DNA of 64,000 bases from Synechococcus sp. (GCA_047284725.1 JBJBEO010000001.1:2072203-2136202), one strand, 5' to 3'. Shown: positions 1 through 11,095, counted from the stretch's first letter. The notes: generated by a model not told the origin, from the letters alone. A program made the numbers and translations.

Positions 1-1087
1 TGGCGTGTCGAGCTTGGGCATTTTTGCCCTTGGAATTCTGCCCTTCATCAACGCGTCGATCATCCTGCAGCTTTTGACCGCTGCACTCCCTCAGCTGGAA
101 GACCTCCAAAAGAATGAGGGTGAGGCAGGCCGTCGCAAGATTGCTCAGATCACCCGTTATGTGGCACTGGGCTGGGGCCTCGTGCAGAGCGTCGTCTTCT
201 CACTGATTCTGAAGCAGTACGCGACCGAAGGGGTCAGCGACGTGGTGTTTGTGGTTCAGACCGCCTTGGCCCTGGTGACTGGCTCGATGGTGGTGATGTG
301 GATCAGTGAAGTGATCACCGAACGGGGTATCGGCCAGGGTGCATCGCTGGTGATCTTCCTCAACATCGTGGCCACCCTGCCCCAAACGGTTGGTGGCGCC
401 ATCACGCAGGCGCAAACCGGCGACAGAGGCACGGTGCTCGATCTGATCAAAATCACCCTGGTGTTCCTTGCCACCATTGTGGGAATCGTTTTTGTGCAGG
501 AAGCCTCGAGAAGGCTGCCGATTGTGAGTGCCAAGCGCCAGGTGGGCGGCACCGGAACCCTTCCCAGTCGTCAGAGCTATCTGCCGATGAAGCTCAATGC
601 GGGTGGTGTGATGCCGATCATCTTCGCTTCAGCGATGCTCTTCCTGCCAGCCACGGTTGCACAATTCGCCAAGCAGGAATGGTTGTCAACCGCTGTGGGC
701 TACATCTCCCCAGGCAACTGGCCCTATTACCTGCTGTATTTCGCCCTGATACTGGCGTTTGCCTACTTCTACGCCTCGCTCACCCTCAATCCCACTGACA
801 TCGCCAGCAACCTCAAGCGCGGTGGTGTGGCCATCCCTGGGGTTCGACCAGGCACCGCCACAGCGAACTACATCTCCGGAGTGCAAGCTCGCCTCACTCT
901 GCTGGGCGGCCTCTTCCTCGGAGCCGTGGTGATCGTACCGTCCTTGATCGAGACCACCAGCCAGGTGAAGCTGGGCGGCCTCGGCTCGACATCGCTGCTG
1001 ATTCTTGTGGGTGTCGCCATTGACACCGCCAAACAGGTGCAGACCTATGTGGTGTCACAACGCTACGAGGGCCTCGTCCGCCAATAG
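1..1087 (+). CDS. secY: Preprotein translocase SecY (5'-truncated by window edge)
   Basis: SecY motifs (GIxPFINASIILQLL, GIGQGASL, AGGVMPIIFAS, GVRPG); precedes adk. Confidence 0.98.
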   Translation, partial: GVSSLGIFALGILPFINASIILQLLTAALPQLEDLQKNEGEAGRRKIAQITRYVALGWGLVQSVVFSLILKQYATEGVSDVVFVVQTALALVTGSMVVMWISEVITERGIGQGASLVIFLNIVATLPQTVGGAITQAQTGDRGTVLDLIKITLVFLATIVGIVFVQEASRRLPIVSAKRQVGGTGTLPSRQSYLPMKLNAGGVMPIIFASAMLFLPATVAQFAKQEWLSTAVGYISPGNWPYYLLYFALILAFAYFYASLTLNPTDIASNLKRGGVAIPGVRPGTATANYISGVQARLTLLGGLFLGAVVIVPSLIETTSQVKLGGLGSTSLLILVGVAIDTAKQVQTYVVSQRYEGLVRQ

Positions 1088-1151
1088 AGCGACCGATCGA
1101 CAGTCAAAAGGCACGACATCGTGCTGGTTCTTTCACGTTCAAAACTTCATC

Positions 1152-1712
1152 ATGAAAAAACGCCTGCTCTTTCTCGGCCCACCTGGTGCTGGCAAAGGCA
1201 CCCAAGCCGCTCGCCTCTGCGGGCAGCACGGCATGAAGCACCTCTCAACAGGTGACCTGCTGCGGTCGGAGGTGGCCGCCGGCAGCGAGCTCGGGAAAGA
1301 GGCCGAGGCGGTGATGAACCGGGGTGAACTGGTGAGCGACGCCCTGGTGCTCGCCATCGTCAAGGGCCAACTGGGCAAGCTCGATGAGGGGGGCTGGCTG
1401 CTCGACGGCTTCCCCCGCAACGTGGCACAAGCCGAAGCGCTGGGACCCCTGCTTGAGGACATCGGCCAACCGCTTGAGGCCGTTGTGCTCCTCGCCCTTG
1501 ATGACGCCGTACTGATGGAGCGGATGCTGGCTCGCGGTCGCGACGACGACAATGAAGACGTGATCCGCCACCGCCTCGAGGTTTACCGCGAAAAAACGGC
1601 GCCCCTGATCGAGCACTACAGCCAGCAGGGCCTGCTGGTTTCAGTGGAAGCTCAGGGCAGCGTGGAAACCATCACCACCCGGATCGAACAAGCCTTGACA
1701 GAATCTTGCTAA
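1152..1712 (+). CDS. adk: Adenylate kinase
   Basis: GPPGAGKGTQA P-loop, LDGFPR; ATG at 1152. Confidence 0.97.
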   Translation: MKKRLLFLGPPGAGKGTQAARLCGQHGMKHLSTGDLLRSEVAAGSELGKEAEAVMNRGELVSDALVLAIVKGQLGKLDEGGWLLDGFPRNVAQAEALGPLLEDIGQPLEAVVLLALDDAVLMERMLARGRDDDNEDVIRHRLEVYREKTAPLIEHYSQQGLLVSVEAQGSVETITTRIEQALTESC

Positions 1713-1760
1713 CCCCCCTGTGGTAAATTAGCTGTTTGGAATTTTGGAGAGCCACACCCC

Positions 1761-1874
1761 ATGAAGGTGCGCGCCTCAGTCAAGAAAATGTGCGAAAAGT
1801 GCCGGGTGATTCGCCGCCACGGCCGGGTCATGGTGATCTGCACCAACCCCAAGCACAAGCAGCGCCAGGGCTGA
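1761..1874 (+). CDS. rpmJ: 50S ribosomal protein L36 (missing from ORF track)
   Basis: Manual translation [37 protein letters not shown]. Confidence 0.97.
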   Translation: MKVRASVKKMCEKCRVIRRHGRVMVICTNPKHKQRQG

Positions 1875-1961
1875 TTCCCTGGCGCAGGTCAACCTCAAGG
1901 CTGACCAACGCATCAATTGCCGCCTGAAGGCGGCCTCTGTCCCCCCTCGATTGTTTGCTCA

Positions 1962-2327
1962 GTGGCAAGGATTGCCGGTGTCGACATTCCCCGCGATAAG
2001 CGGATCGAAGTCGCCCTCACCTACATCTACGGAATCGGTCCCACCCGGGCCCGCACCATTCTCTCCGATACCGGTGTCAACCCGGACACCCGCGTCAAGG
2101 ACCTCGAGGATGGAGACGTGCAGAAACTGCGCGGTGCCACTGAGGCTTACACGATTGAAGGCGACCTGCGCCGTCAGGAGGGCATGGCCCTTAAGCGCCT
2201 GCAGGACATCGGCTGTCTGCGTGGTCGCCGCCACCGTATGAGCCTTCCGGTTCGCGGCCAACGGACCCGCACCAACGCTCGCACCCGTCGCGGCGCTCGC
2301 AAAACCGTGGCCGGTAAGAAGAAGTAA
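1962..2327 (+). CDS. rpsM: 30S ribosomal protein S13
   Basis: GTG start, ARIAGVDIP...[12 protein letters not shown]. Confidence 0.97.
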   Translation: MARIAGVDIPRDKRIEVALTYIYGIGPTRARTILSDTGVNPDTRVKDLEDGDVQKLRGATEAYTIEGDLRRQEGMALKRLQDIGCLRGRRHRMSLPVRGQRTRTNARTRRGARKTVAGKKK

Positions 2328-2405
2328 GGCTGAAAGCTCGGTGCATCAACACCAGCCCTTCTCCGCTTCGATCATTCCCAACTCACTGCCTTCAGGCCCC
2401 CGACC

Positions 2406-2798
2406 ATGGCCAAGACCGCCAAAAAATCTGGCCCCAAAAAGGCCAAACGCAATGTCCCCAACGGCGTTGCACATATTCAAAGCACGTTCAACAACACGAT
2501 CGTGTCCATCACCGACACCACAGGAGAGGTGATCTCCTGGTCGTCGGCAGGTGCCAGCGGCTTCAAGGGCGCCCGTAAGGGCACTCCTTTTGCGGCACAA
2601 ACCGCAGCTGAAGCAGCCGCCCGCCGCGCTCTGGAGCAGGGCATGCGTCAGATCGAGGTCCTGGTGCGTGGGCCTGGATCCGGTCGTGAGACCGCCATCC
2701 GCGCCCTGCAGGTGGCAGGCCTTGAAATCACCCTGATTCGCGACGTCACACCCCTGCCCCACAACGGCTGCCGTCGCTCCAAGCGCCGTCGCGTCTGA
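2406..2798 (+). CDS. rpsK: 30S ribosomal protein S11
   Basis: [19 protein letters not shown]. Confidence 0.98.
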   Translation: MAKTAKKSGPKKAKRNVPNGVAHIQSTFNNTIVSITDTTGEVISWSSAGASGFKGARKGTPFAAQTAAEAAARRALEQGMRQIEVLVRGPGSGRETAIRALQVAGLEITLIRDVTPLPHNGCRRSKRRRV

Positions 2799-2843
2799 TT
2801 CGCAACGCCTCTTCGGTTCCCTTCCTTAACCCCGCTTCAGATC

Positions 2844-3782
2844 GTGCTGCAATACCAGATCGACCGTATCGAGCATCAGATCGCTGACGATCGCGCCCAG
2901 ACCGGCGTGTTCCTCATCGGTCCGCTTGAACGCGGTCAAGCCACAACGCTGGGCAACTCACTGCGTCGCGTTCTGATGGGAGGACTCGAGGGCAGTGCAG
3001 TCACAGCCGTCCGGATCGCAGGCGTCAATCACGAATACGCCACCGTTCCTGGTGTCCGTGAAGACGTTCTCGACATCCTTCTCAATTGCAAACAACTCAG
3101 CGTGAACAGCCGTTCCGCCGAGCTGGAGATTGGACGCCTTGTGGTGGCCGGTCCTTCCGAGGTCAAGGCGAGGGATCTGCAATTTTCCTCCCAGGTACAA
3201 GTTGTGGACCCCGATCGCACCATCGCCACGGTGAGTGACGGACACAGCCTTGAGCTGGAAGTACACGTTGAGCGTGGCATCGGTTATCGCCCGGTGGATC
3301 GCCACAGCGAAGACACCAGCGCGATTGATCTGCTGCAGATCGATGCCGTCTTCATGCCGGTGCATCGAGTGAATTTCACCATCGATGAAACCGCAGTCGC
3401 GGAGGGTGGCTCAGCCCGTGAGCGCCTTCGCATGGAGGTGGTCACCGATGGATCGATCACCCCCGATGATGCGATTGCCGAAGCGGCCAATCAATTGATC
3501 GAACTGTTCCAGCCTCTGGCCACCGTCACGATGGTGGAAGAACCCGGCCTGGAACCTGAGCCCACCGCCGAAGCACAGATTCCTCTCGAGGAACTCAACC
3601 TGTCGGTGCGGGCTTACAACTGCCTGAAGCGCGCCCAGGTCAACTCCGTCTCAGACCTGATGGGATTCAGCTATGAAGACCTGCTGGAGATCAAGAACTT
3701 TGGCTCCAAGTCTGCTGATGAGGTGATCGAAGCGCTGGAGCGCATCGGCATCTCAATTCCACAGAGCCGCACCAGCGCCTGA
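2844..3782 (+). CDS. rpoA: RNA polymerase alpha subunit
   Basis: [26 protein letters not shown]; lies between rpsK and rplQ. Confidence 0.98.
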   Translation: MLQYQIDRIEHQIADDRAQTGVFLIGPLERGQATTLGNSLRRVLMGGLEGSAVTAVRIAGVNHEYATVPGVREDVLDILLNCKQLSVNSRSAELEIGRLVVAGPSEVKARDLQFSSQVQVVDPDRTIATVSDGHSLELEVHVERGIGYRPVDRHSEDTSAIDLLQIDAVFMPVHRVNFTIDETAVAEGGSARERLRMEVVTDGSITPDDAIAEAANQLIELFQPLATVTMVEEPGLEPEPTAEAQIPLEELNLSVRAYNCLKRAQVNSVSDLMGFSYEDLLEIKNFGSKSADEVIEALERIGISIPQSRTSA

Positions 3783-3817
3783 TTTTCAGTTTCCCTCACC
3801 TAGCGTCTGCCAGACCC

Positions 3818-4168
3818 ATGCGTCACCAATGTCGAGTTCCTCAGCTGGGTCGTCCGGCTGACCAACGCAAGGCCATGCTTCGCGGCCTCACCACCCAACT
3901 GATCCGTGAAGGTCGGGTCACCACCACAAAGGCTCGTGCCAAAGCGCTGCGTGATGAAGCCGAGAGGATGATCACCCTGGCCAAGGATGGCAGTCTTGCC
4001 TCGCGTCGTCGTGCCATCGGCTACATCTACGACAAGCAGCTCGTTCACGCCCTGTTTGACAAGGCACAAGATCGCTACGGCGATCGAAAGGGTGGCTACA
4101 CCCGCATCACCCGCACGGTTCCCCGTCGTGGTGACAACGCCGAAATGGCCATTATCGAACTGGTCTGA
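3818..4168 (+). CDS. rplQ: 50S ribosomal protein L17
   Basis: MRH start, [15 protein letters not shown]. Confidence 0.98.
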   Translation: MRHQCRVPQLGRPADQRKAMLRGLTTQLIREGRVTTTKARAKALRDEAERMITLAKDGSLASRRRAIGYIYDKQLVHALFDKAQDRYGDRKGGYTRITRTVPRRGDNAEMAIIELV

Positions 4169-4226
4169 TTCCATTCATTCCTCGAAGGGAACGGAGCTGA
4201 AACCCTCGTCTGCAGCTGAAAGCCCG

Positions 4227-5075
4227 TTGATCCGACGGATTGCTCTCAGCCTGCAGTACGAGGGTTCTTCATTTTGCGGCTGGCAGCGCCAACGCCAGGG
4301 CACCAGTGTTCAAGGGGTGCTGGAGGACGCCATTGGCCAGCTTGATCCCTGTCGTCCCGTGCAAGCCATCGCCGCTGGCCGCACCGATGCGGGAGTTCAT
4401 GCCGCGGGCCAGGTGGTGCATTTCGACGCGAGCGGACCAATCCCTGCCTGGCGCTGGGCACCGGCACTCAATGGCCAGCTTCCCAGCACGATTCGTGTGC
4501 GGGAAGCTGTGGAGCGCCCGCTGGATTGGCATGCCTGCTATTCAGCAACCTACAGGCGGTATCGCTACACCCTCTACAACGGTCGCCGCCCCAATCTCTT
4601 TCTCTCCAACTGGAGTTGGCATCGCTACCAGGCTCGTCTGGATGAGGAACAGATGGGATTAGCCCTGCAAGGACTCTTGGGGCTGCACGATTTTAGTGCC
4701 TTCATGCGGGCCGGCAGTCGTCGCGCACATGCACGCACCACCGTCCAGGACGTGAGTATCGAGCGCCAGGGGGACCTGATCACCATCGAGATCCAGGCCA
4801 GTGGATTCCTTTACGGCATGGTTCGCCTGCTGATGGGTCAACTGGTGGCGGTGGGCGAGCACCGTCTCAGCCTGCGAGCCTTCGAACGACGCTGGCGGGG
4901 ACGACACCGCAGCGAGGTCAAGGACGGTGCGCCGGCCCACGGCCTCTGCCTGCTCAGGGCTGGCTATGCCGAGCCCGTGTTCAGTGAAGGCGGGTGGTAC
5001 GATTGCCAACCGCGGTATTTTCTGGCATCGCAGGATTCTCCTCCGAATCCACCGCCGTTGCCGAAAGCTGACTGA
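4227..5075 (+). CDS. truA: tRNA pseudouridine(38-40) synthase (start uncertain)
   Basis: [29 protein letters not shown]. Confidence 0.95.
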   Translation: MIRRIALSLQYEGSSFCGWQRQRQGTSVQGVLEDAIGQLDPCRPVQAIAAGRTDAGVHAAGQVVHFDASGPIPAWRWAPALNGQLPSTIRVREAVERPLDWHACYSATYRRYRYTLYNGRRPNLFLSNWSWHRYQARLDEEQMGLALQGLLGLHDFSAFMRAGSRRAHARTTVQDVSIERQGDLITIEIQASGFLYGMVRLLMGQLVAVGEHRLSLRAFERRWRGRHRSEVKDGAPAHGLCLLRAGYAEPVFSEGGWYDCQPRYFLASQDSPPNPPPLPKAD

Positions 5076-5274
5076 CCTGACCCCTGTCGGATGCAGTCAT
5101 GCGCCGACAACTTCGGCCCGCACACCTCACTGTCTCACTGCCCATTCAGGGGTGAGACCCTTCACGAGGTAAGCTCATCCATTGAGCTTGATCAGGACGC
5201 ACCTCGCGGACCGATCCTTTTTGACCAGCTCCGCCAGCTCAGGTGGGGCATACCCGAACCGGCATGCCGGCGCG

Positions 5275-5727
5275 ATGAACAAGACATCCGTTCCTTCAAT
5301 CGATTCGATCGAACGCCAGTGGTATCTGGTGGACGCTGAGAATCAGACCCTGGGCCGCCTGGCCACCGAGGTGGCTTCCGTGCTGCGTGGCAAGAACAAA
5401 GCCACCTATACGCCTCACCTCGACACCGGCGATTTCGTCGTCGTGGTGAACGCTGACAAGATCCGCGTGAGCGGCAACAAGCCTCAGCAGAAGCTCTACC
5501 GCCGCCACTCCGGTCGTCCCGGCGGCATGAAAGTGGAAACCTTCGAGCACCTCCAGGAGCGCCTTCCCGAGCGCATCGTTGAGAAAGCTGTCAAAGGGAT
5601 GCTTCCTCACAATGCTCTGGGCCGTCAGCTGTTCCGCAAACTGAAGGTCTACAAGGGCAGCGAGCATCCCCATGCCGCGCAACAGCCCCAGCCTCTCAAG
5701 CTTGACCCTGCCGCTTCTGCCCAATGA
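5275..5727 (+). CDS. rplM: 50S ribosomal protein L13
   Basis: MNKT start, [14 protein letters not shown]. Confidence 0.97.
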   Translation: MNKTSVPSIDSIERQWYLVDAENQTLGRLATEVASVLRGKNKATYTPHLDTGDFVVVVNADKIRVSGNKPQQKLYRRHSGRPGGMKVETFEHLQERLPERIVEKAVKGMLPHNALGRQLFRKLKVYKGSEHPHAAQQPQPLKLDPAASAQ

Positions 5728-6128
5728 GCACCTCTAATTCCGTCGTTTACTGGGGCACTGGCCGCCGCAAGACCTCCGTCGCCCGTGTACGTCTGGTTCC
5801 AGGCAACGGAACCATCATCATCAATGGTCGTCCTGGCGACAACTATCTGAATTACAACCCTGCTTACATTGCTGCCGTCAAGGCTCCGCTTCAGACCCTC
5901 GGTCTGATTACGGAATACGATGTGTTGGTAAATGTGCGTGGTGGTGGCCTGACCGGCCAAGCCGACGCGATCAAGCAAGGTGCCGCCCGAGCGTTGTGTG
6001 AGCTCTCTGCCGACAACCGCAAGCCCCTCAAAACCGAAGGCCACCTCAGCCGCGACCCTCGCGCCAAGGAACGTCGTAAGTACGGCCTCAAGAAAGCCCG
6101 TAAAGCTCCTCAATTCTCCAAGCGCTGA
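5724..6128 (+). CDS. rpsI: 30S ribosomal protein S9
   Basis: [22 protein letters not shown] overlap with rplM. Confidence 0.98.
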   Translation: MSTSNSVVYWGTGRRKTSVARVRLVPGNGTIIINGRPGDNYLNYNPAYIAAVKAPLQTLGLITEYDVLVNVRGGGLTGQADAIKQGAARALCELSADNRKPLKTEGHLSRDPRAKERRKYGLKKARKAPQFSKR

Positions 6129-6136
6129 TTTCTGTC

Positions 6137-6406
6137 ATGCCCAAAGCCGACATTCACCCAACCTGGTATCCCGATGCCAAGGTGATCTGCAATGGAGAGG
6201 TGGTGATGACCACCGGTTCCACCCAGCCCGAGATTCACGTCGACGTTTGGAGTGGCAATCACCCCTTCTTCACTGGCACCCAGAAGATTCTCGATACCGA
6301 GGGTCGTGTAGATCGCTTCATGCGCAAATACGGCATGGGCAGTGCTGGTCAAGCCACCAGCGAAAAGAAAGCAGCCGGCACCGAAGCCGCCAAAGCCGAA
6401 GCTTGA
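6137..6406 (+). CDS. rpmE: 50S ribosomal protein L31
   Basis: MPKADIHP, HPFFTG, GRVDRF. Confidence 0.97.
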   Translation: MPKADIHPTWYPDAKVICNGEVVMTTGSTQPEIHVDVWSGNHPFFTGTQKILDTEGRVDRFMRKYGMGSAGQATSEKKAAGTEAAKAEA

Positions 6407-6443
6407 TCACCTGCATCGAGGGTGCATTCACCATCGATCATTT

Positions 6444-6489
6444 AAAACCCCCTGATTGTTGAGTTCTCTCTCCAGTCAGGGGTGTTTTT
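6444..6489 (+). terminator. Probable terminator hairpin after rpmE
   Basis: Imperfect inverted repeat AAAACCCCCTGA...TCAGGGGTGTTTTT. Confidence 0.55.
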
Positions 6490-6509
6490 ATCAATGTGTT
6501 CCAAACGGG

Positions 6510-7604
6510 ATGGACCTCACAACCCTGACCCAGCGACTGGAGGCAGCCACCACCAGTTTTCAGACCTTGGAGCGACAACTCGCCGATCCTGATGTGGCCT
6601 CGGATCCAAAACGGCTGCAGACAATCGCCCAGGAACGATCAAGACTCGAGCCGCTGGTGCTGGATTACCAGAGCCTGCAACAGGTGGAACAAGAGCGTCG
6701 TCAGGCGGAAGAGATGCTCAAAGACAGCCGTGGCGACACAGCGATGGAAGAGCTGGCCCGGCACGAGATCCAGGATCTCAACGAACGTCACGCTGCTTTG
6801 GTGCAAAGCGTCACTCTGGCGCTCTTGCCTCGAGATCCACGTGACGAGCGCAGCGTGATGCTTGAGATCAGGGCAGGCGCTGGTGGCGATGAAGCCTGTC
6901 TCTGGGCGGGTGATCTCGCTCGGATGTATGAGCGTTACGGCAGTCGCCAGGGCTGGAACGTCCAACCGGTGAGTGCCAACGCCGCTGATCTCGGTGGCTA
7001 TCGCGAGCTCATCCTCTCGGTCAAAGGGGGGGCCGTCTTCAGCCAGCTCAAATTCGAAGCTGGTGTGCACCGCGTGCAACGGGTGCCGGCCACCGAATCC
7101 CAGGGCCGGGTTCACACCTCCACAGCCACCGTGGCCGTGATGCCCGAGGCAGATCCCGTGGAAGTGCAGATTGACCCCACTGAGCTTGAAATCAGCACCG
7201 CACGCTCCGGCGGAGCCGGGGGACAGAACGTGAACAAGGTTGAGACGGCGGTGGATCTGCTGCACAAACCCACTGGAATCCGGGTGTTCTGCACCCAGGA
7301 ACGCTCCCAGCTGCAGAACCGTGAGCGGGCTCTGGAGATTCTGCGGGCCAAGCTCTACGAACGCCAGCTCGCTGAAGCCAATGCCGCCGAAAGTTCAGCC
7401 CGACGGGCTCAGGTGGGCACCGGCGATCGCAGCGAAAAAATCCGCACCTACAACGCCAAGGACAACAGGGTCACCGATCACCGTCTCGGCCGGAACTTCA
7501 GTCTTGACTCTGTGCTGGAAGGCCAGATTGAAGACGTGGTGGAGGCCTGTATCGCCGAAGAGCAACGGGCCAAGCTGGAAGCGCTCACCCAAGATGACGA
7601 CTGA
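6510..7604 (+). CDS. prfA: Peptide chain release factor 1
   Basis: GGQ motif (GAGGQNVNK), PAT tripeptide (RVPATE). Confidence 0.97.
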   Translation: MDLTTLTQRLEAATTSFQTLERQLADPDVASDPKRLQTIAQERSRLEPLVLDYQSLQQVEQERRQAEEMLKDSRGDTAMEELARHEIQDLNERHAALVQSVTLALLPRDPRDERSVMLEIRAGAGGDEACLWAGDLARMYERYGSRQGWNVQPVSANAADLGGYRELILSVKGGAVFSQLKFEAGVHRVQRVPATESQGRVHTSTATVAVMPEADPVEVQIDPTELEISTARSGGAGGQNVNKVETAVDLLHKPTGIRVFCTQERSQLQNRERALEILRAKLYERQLAEANAAESSARRAQVGTGDRSEKIRTYNAKDNRVTDHRLGRNFSLDSVLEGQIEDVVEACIAEEQRAKLEALTQDDD

Positions 7605-7617
7605 GCCGAATCCAATC

Positions 7618-8118
7618 TCAAGGCCCAATCATGTACTTGGCCCAATCGGCACGCTGACCTGTGGCGATTTGACGCCTGGCTTCAAAGGTGAGATGCCCCA
7701 CGGGGCGGTGGGGCTGATGACGCAGTGGCATCTTCGCTTCCTGGGGAGTGCGATTCCCCTTGCGAACATTGCAGCTCAGACAGGCTGTGGTGACGTTGTC
7801 CCAGCTATCGGAGCCACCCCTGCTCCGGGGAATGATGTGATCCATGGAAAGCTGACCACCCTTGCTGCCGCAGTACTGGCAACAGTGGTTGTCACGCTGA
7901 AACAAGTTGCGCCGGGTCAGTGCCAACGGACGGAAGGGAACGTGAACAAACTGCCGCAGGCGAATCACTGTGGGCAAATGCAGATCAGGCCGCAGGCGAC
8001 GGTGAGGATCATGCTCCAGACCCTCAGCCTTCCCCTTCAACAGCATCACCGTGGCGCGGCGCCATGTGGTGATATTCAGCGGCTCGTAGGACGCATTGAG
8101 AACGAGAACCTGGCCCAT
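7618..8118 (-). CDS. HNH endonuclease (McrA-like, small)
   Basis: VLVLNASYEP N-terminus; RD..CQYC, DHIIPRSRGG..WDN..AC..CN..K. Confidence 0.9.
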   Translation of the reverse strand: MGQVLVLNASYEPLNITTWRRATVMLLKGKAEGLEHDPHRRLRPDLHLPTVIRLRQFVHVPFRPLALTRRNLFQRDNHCCQYCGSKGGQLSMDHIIPRSRGGSDSWDNVTTACLSCNVRKGNRTPQEAKMPLRHQPHRPVGHLTFEARRQIATGQRADWAKYMIGP

Positions 8119-8191
8119 GCCAGCCACTGGATTCACAGGCATGCTATGGGGACTTTCCGCTTTGGTCTGTGCCCACCGCAACGATGGCTCC

Positions 8192-9373
8192 ATGCGTGAT
8201 CTGATCAGCGGTAGTCATGAGACGGCCAGCCAGAGCGATCACAGCCGGCTGGACCCCCGTCAGCGCGCCTGGCTTGAGGTCTCACCGGCAGCGGTGGAAA
8301 CCAACGTGCGCGCCCTGCGTCGCCTGTTGCGGCCATCGTGTGCCCTGATGGCGGTTGTGAAAGCGGACGGCTACGGGCATGGCGCCGCGACTGTGGCCAG
8401 AGCAGCGGTGGAAGGGGGCGCGGCCCAGTTCGGGGTAGCCACTCTTCAGGAGGGCATCGACCTGCGTCGCGCCGGCCTAACGCAGCCGGTGCTTGTACTG
8501 GGGCATCTGCACCTGGCCGAAGACCTGCGGGCATGCCTGAAATGGGAACTCATGCCCACGCTGAGCAGCATGCGAGAAGCCCTGCTGTGTCAGAACCTGG
8601 CCGACGGCAGCGGACGCAAGTTCGCCGTACAGCTCAAACTCGACACCGGCATGACCCGGCTGGGCTGTGCCTGGGAGGATGCCCCCAGATTGAGCGAAGC
8701 CATCAGCCAGCTTGACCAGCTGGAGCTGAGCGGTATCTACAGCCACCTTGCTCTGGCCGATGGGGACGCGAATGGGGATGGAGAACGGGTGACACGCCTG
8801 CAGCAACAACGTTTCGACGATGTACTGCGCTGTTTGCCGCCAAGCCGTGCCCTGCACCATCTCGCCAATTCCGCGGGAACACTCCGCGACCGATGCCTGC
8901 ATCACGATCTGGTGCGAGTCGGCCTAGCCCTTTACGGCCACAGCCCCAGCTCCCATCTGGACGCCAAGGTCAAGCTCGAACCGGCGATGCACGTCAAAGC
9001 ACGCGTGACCTTGATCCGCGACGTCGCCGCCGGTGTCGGCGTCAGCTACGGCCATCGTTTTGTTACCGAACGTCCTAGCCGTCTGGCAGTTGTCGGCATT
9101 GGGTATGCCGACGGCGTCAGCCGCTGCCTCTCAGGCAAGATCAGCGCCCTGCACAACAGCCAGGTACTGCCTCAAGTGGGGGCGATCACCATGGACCAGC
9201 TCATCCTTGATGTCACGGATCACCCCCACGTGGAAGCCGGTGATGTCGTCACCCTGCTCGGTCGCGACGGAGAGCGAATTATCAGCCCCCGTGACTGGAG
9301 CGATCTGAGTGATTCGATCCCATGGGAAGTGCTTTGCGGTTTCAAGCATCGCTTGCCCAGGGTGACGGTCTGA
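8192..9373 (+). CDS. alr: Alanine racemase
   Basis: AVVKADGYGHG PLP-lysine motif, DTGMTRLG, GYADG. Confidence 0.96.
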   Translation: MRDLISGSHETASQSDHSRLDPRQRAWLEVSPAAVETNVRALRRLLRPSCALMAVVKADGYGHGAATVARAAVEGGAAQFGVATLQEGIDLRRAGLTQPVLVLGHLHLAEDLRACLKWELMPTLSSMREALLCQNLADGSGRKFAVQLKLDTGMTRLGCAWEDAPRLSEAISQLDQLELSGIYSHLALADGDANGDGERVTRLQQQRFDDVLRCLPPSRALHHLANSAGTLRDRCLHHDLVRVGLALYGHSPSSHLDAKVKLEPAMHVKARVTLIRDVAAGVGVSYGHRFVTERPSRLAVVGIGYADGVSRCLSGKISALHNSQVLPQVGAITMDQLILDVTDHPHVEAGDVVTLLGRDGERIISPRDWSDLSDSIPWEVLCGFKHRLPRVTV

Positions 9374-9441
9374 AGGCAGGTCCTGTTTGACCGATGGCGA
9401 GGCCGACTGGGCCTGCTGGTTGGTAAGGTGGGCGTGCCGCT

Positions 9442-9530
9442 GGAGAGGTGGCTGAGTGGTTGAAAGCGGCTCCCTGCTAAGGAGTTACAGGAGGCAACTT
9501 CTGTCGAGGGTTCGAATCCCTCCCTCTCCG
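9442..9530 (+). tRNA. tRNA-Ser(GCT)
   Basis: GGAGAGG/CCTCTCC acceptor stem, anticodon loop ctGCTaa, long variable arm, GGTTCGAATCC. Confidence 0.97.
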
Positions 9531-9675
9531 TTGAATTCACCGAGTGCTGAGGTCTTCCCAAACCTCGCTTGGATTGGCTGCATGTCGTTCAGCAACGGCT
9601 TGCGCCAATTCTGTGCCTTGTGAGTAACCATTCCCACGTGTTTCTTCGCGGGAATCCTGTTGATTCCCCAGTCCG

Positions 9676-9999
9676 TTGTTTCTCACACCATCCCGCCAAC
9701 GCTTCAAGGAACTCTGCCGGGCCAAGGGAGTGCAGCATCGTCAGGTGCTTGATCAGCTGGTTGAGCTGTATGTGAGCACGCAAGGTGCGATTCTCCAGGG
9801 CCATGGTCATTCCATACCTCCCGCCGCGATGCCACTGCCGGAGGAAACAACCACCGAGCTCATCGAGCGGATCGAACGACTCGAATGTGATGACCGGGAG
9901 TTTGTGCACGCCTTTGAAGTGCTGATCCACAGGGTGGACGCACTGGAAAAGAGCATCGGAACGCCCCGCAACGAGTCGAAGCACACCCCCAAACCCTGA
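9676..9999 (+). CDS. Hypothetical protein, possible ribbon-helix-helix N-terminus plus coiled coil
   Basis: TTG-start ORF; RQRFKELCRAKG..HRQVLDQLVELYV pattern; C-terminal heptad-like segments. Confidence 0.5.
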   Translation: MFLTPSRQRFKELCRAKGVQHRQVLDQLVELYVSTQGAILQGHGHSIPPAAMPLPEETTTELIERIERLECDDREFVHAFEVLIHRVDALEKSIGTPRNESKHTPKP

Positions 10000-10035
10000 C
10001 CTGCCCTGCACCGCTGTCTTGATTCAACAGGCATG

Positions 10036-10062
10036 AAAAAGGGGTGGTTGATGCCACCCCTT
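10036..10062 (-). terminator. Rho-independent terminator
   Basis: GGGGTGG-TTGATG-CCACCCC hairpin preceded by AAAAA (U-tract on the minus strand). Confidence 0.8.
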
Positions 10063-10184
10063 GCCCTTGAGGCCTCCTTGTGTCGAACCAGTTGGAGCGG
10101 CCTCACTGGGGATGTCTTCGCTGTAAGCGACTTGGAGGCTCTGTTGCATCGGTAAGAACACGTATCCCTGGGATGACCGTCCCA

Positions 10185-11078
10185 TCAAGCCTGGAAGGCG
10201 GCCAGCTGACTGGCCAGCTCGGGAAGCAACGCTTCATCGGCAGCGCAGACAGGCCCTTCCGTGAATGCCACCAGCAACATGGGATGCCGTTCCTGCGGAA
10301 GCCACCAGGCGGCATCATGCCGGGCTTGACTCATCCACCCAGCCTTGCTCCACAGCCTGCTGCCCTCGGGCAAACCAGCACCCAGAAATCCATCCACCTG
10401 ATTCTCAGGATCAGCAGAGCGCTGTTCAGCATCCAGCGAGCGATCCAACAGATCACGCAGGCGTTTGCAGGCAGGGGGGGAGAGCACCGCATCGGTCATC
10501 ACAGCTTCAAGGAGCCGCGCTGTGGCCGCCGTGCTCAGGGCGTTGCGGTTGTCAAGGTCCGCTCCGTAAAAATCGCGTTCCCTGCCATAGGGACCTTCAC
10601 CCCAGGTTTTCTGACAGCAGTTCACTGCGGCCAGTTCGGGCCAGCCAAGGGTCTGCAGCCAGTCATTCACCAGCCGGCGTTGCCGCTGCCACAACAACCA
10701 AGCCTCACCCTGCAGGGTGGGACCACTTGTTGTGCCCGTCAGCAGATCCACCAGCAGGGCGGTGGCGTCGTTCCCTGAATCGGCGATCATGTCGCGCAAG
10801 GCCCGGCGCAGTTCCTCCCCCTCAGGAAGCAGATCCCGTTGCAGCCAGGCCTCCACAGCCACGGCATAAAAAAGCTTCACCACGCTGGCGGGATACATCA
10901 AACGCTGCTCAGCCCAGGCAGCCCCCCACCCTTGTCCAGCAACCGGATCGGGCTGGTCGTAGCGAACCCAGGTGATGGCGATGCGCTCCAGCAGCCCCTC
11001 CCGCCCTTGCGCCGCCAGACGCCTGAGCTGAAGCGCCAGATACTCCTGCATGACCTGGTCGGGGCGGTAGAACGCCAT
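10185..11078 (-). CDS. Class A beta-lactamase-like serine hydrolase
   Basis: ASVVK (SxxK), DSGN (SxN), SKAG (KxG) motifs. Confidence 0.88.
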   Translation of the reverse strand: MAFYRPDQVMQEYLALQLRRLAAQGREGLLERIAITWVRYDQPDPVAGQGWGAAWAEQRLMYPASVVKLFYAVAVEAWLQRDLLPEGEELRRALRDMIADSGNDATALLVDLLTGTTSGPTLQGEAWLLWQRQRRLVNDWLQTLGWPELAAVNCCQKTWGEGPYGRERDFYGADLDNRNALSTAATARLLEAVMTDAVLSPPACKRLRDLLDRSLDAEQRSADPENQVDGFLGAGLPEGSRLWSKAGWMSQARHDAAWWLPQERHPMLLVAFTEGPVCAADEALLPELASQLAAFQA

Positions 11079-11095
11079 GGCACTGGCATCGAGCA

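Noticed and set aside
7618..8118. HNH nuclease as a mobile, homing or RNA-guided element
   Set aside because: Host-like GC, no flanking repeats, no room for an associated ncRNA or array, no RuvC motifs; looks like the ordinary small cyanobacterial HNH between prfA and alr
10024..10185. 53-aa minus-strand ORF coupled by TGATG to the beta-lactamase-like gene
   Set aside because: Reads through the terminator hairpin and has no recognisable features; an RNA structure explains the region better
10185..11078. Acquired antibiotic-resistance beta-lactamase
   Set aside because: Host-like composition and divergent pairing with an NlpC/P60 gene suggest a housekeeping cell-wall serine hydrolase
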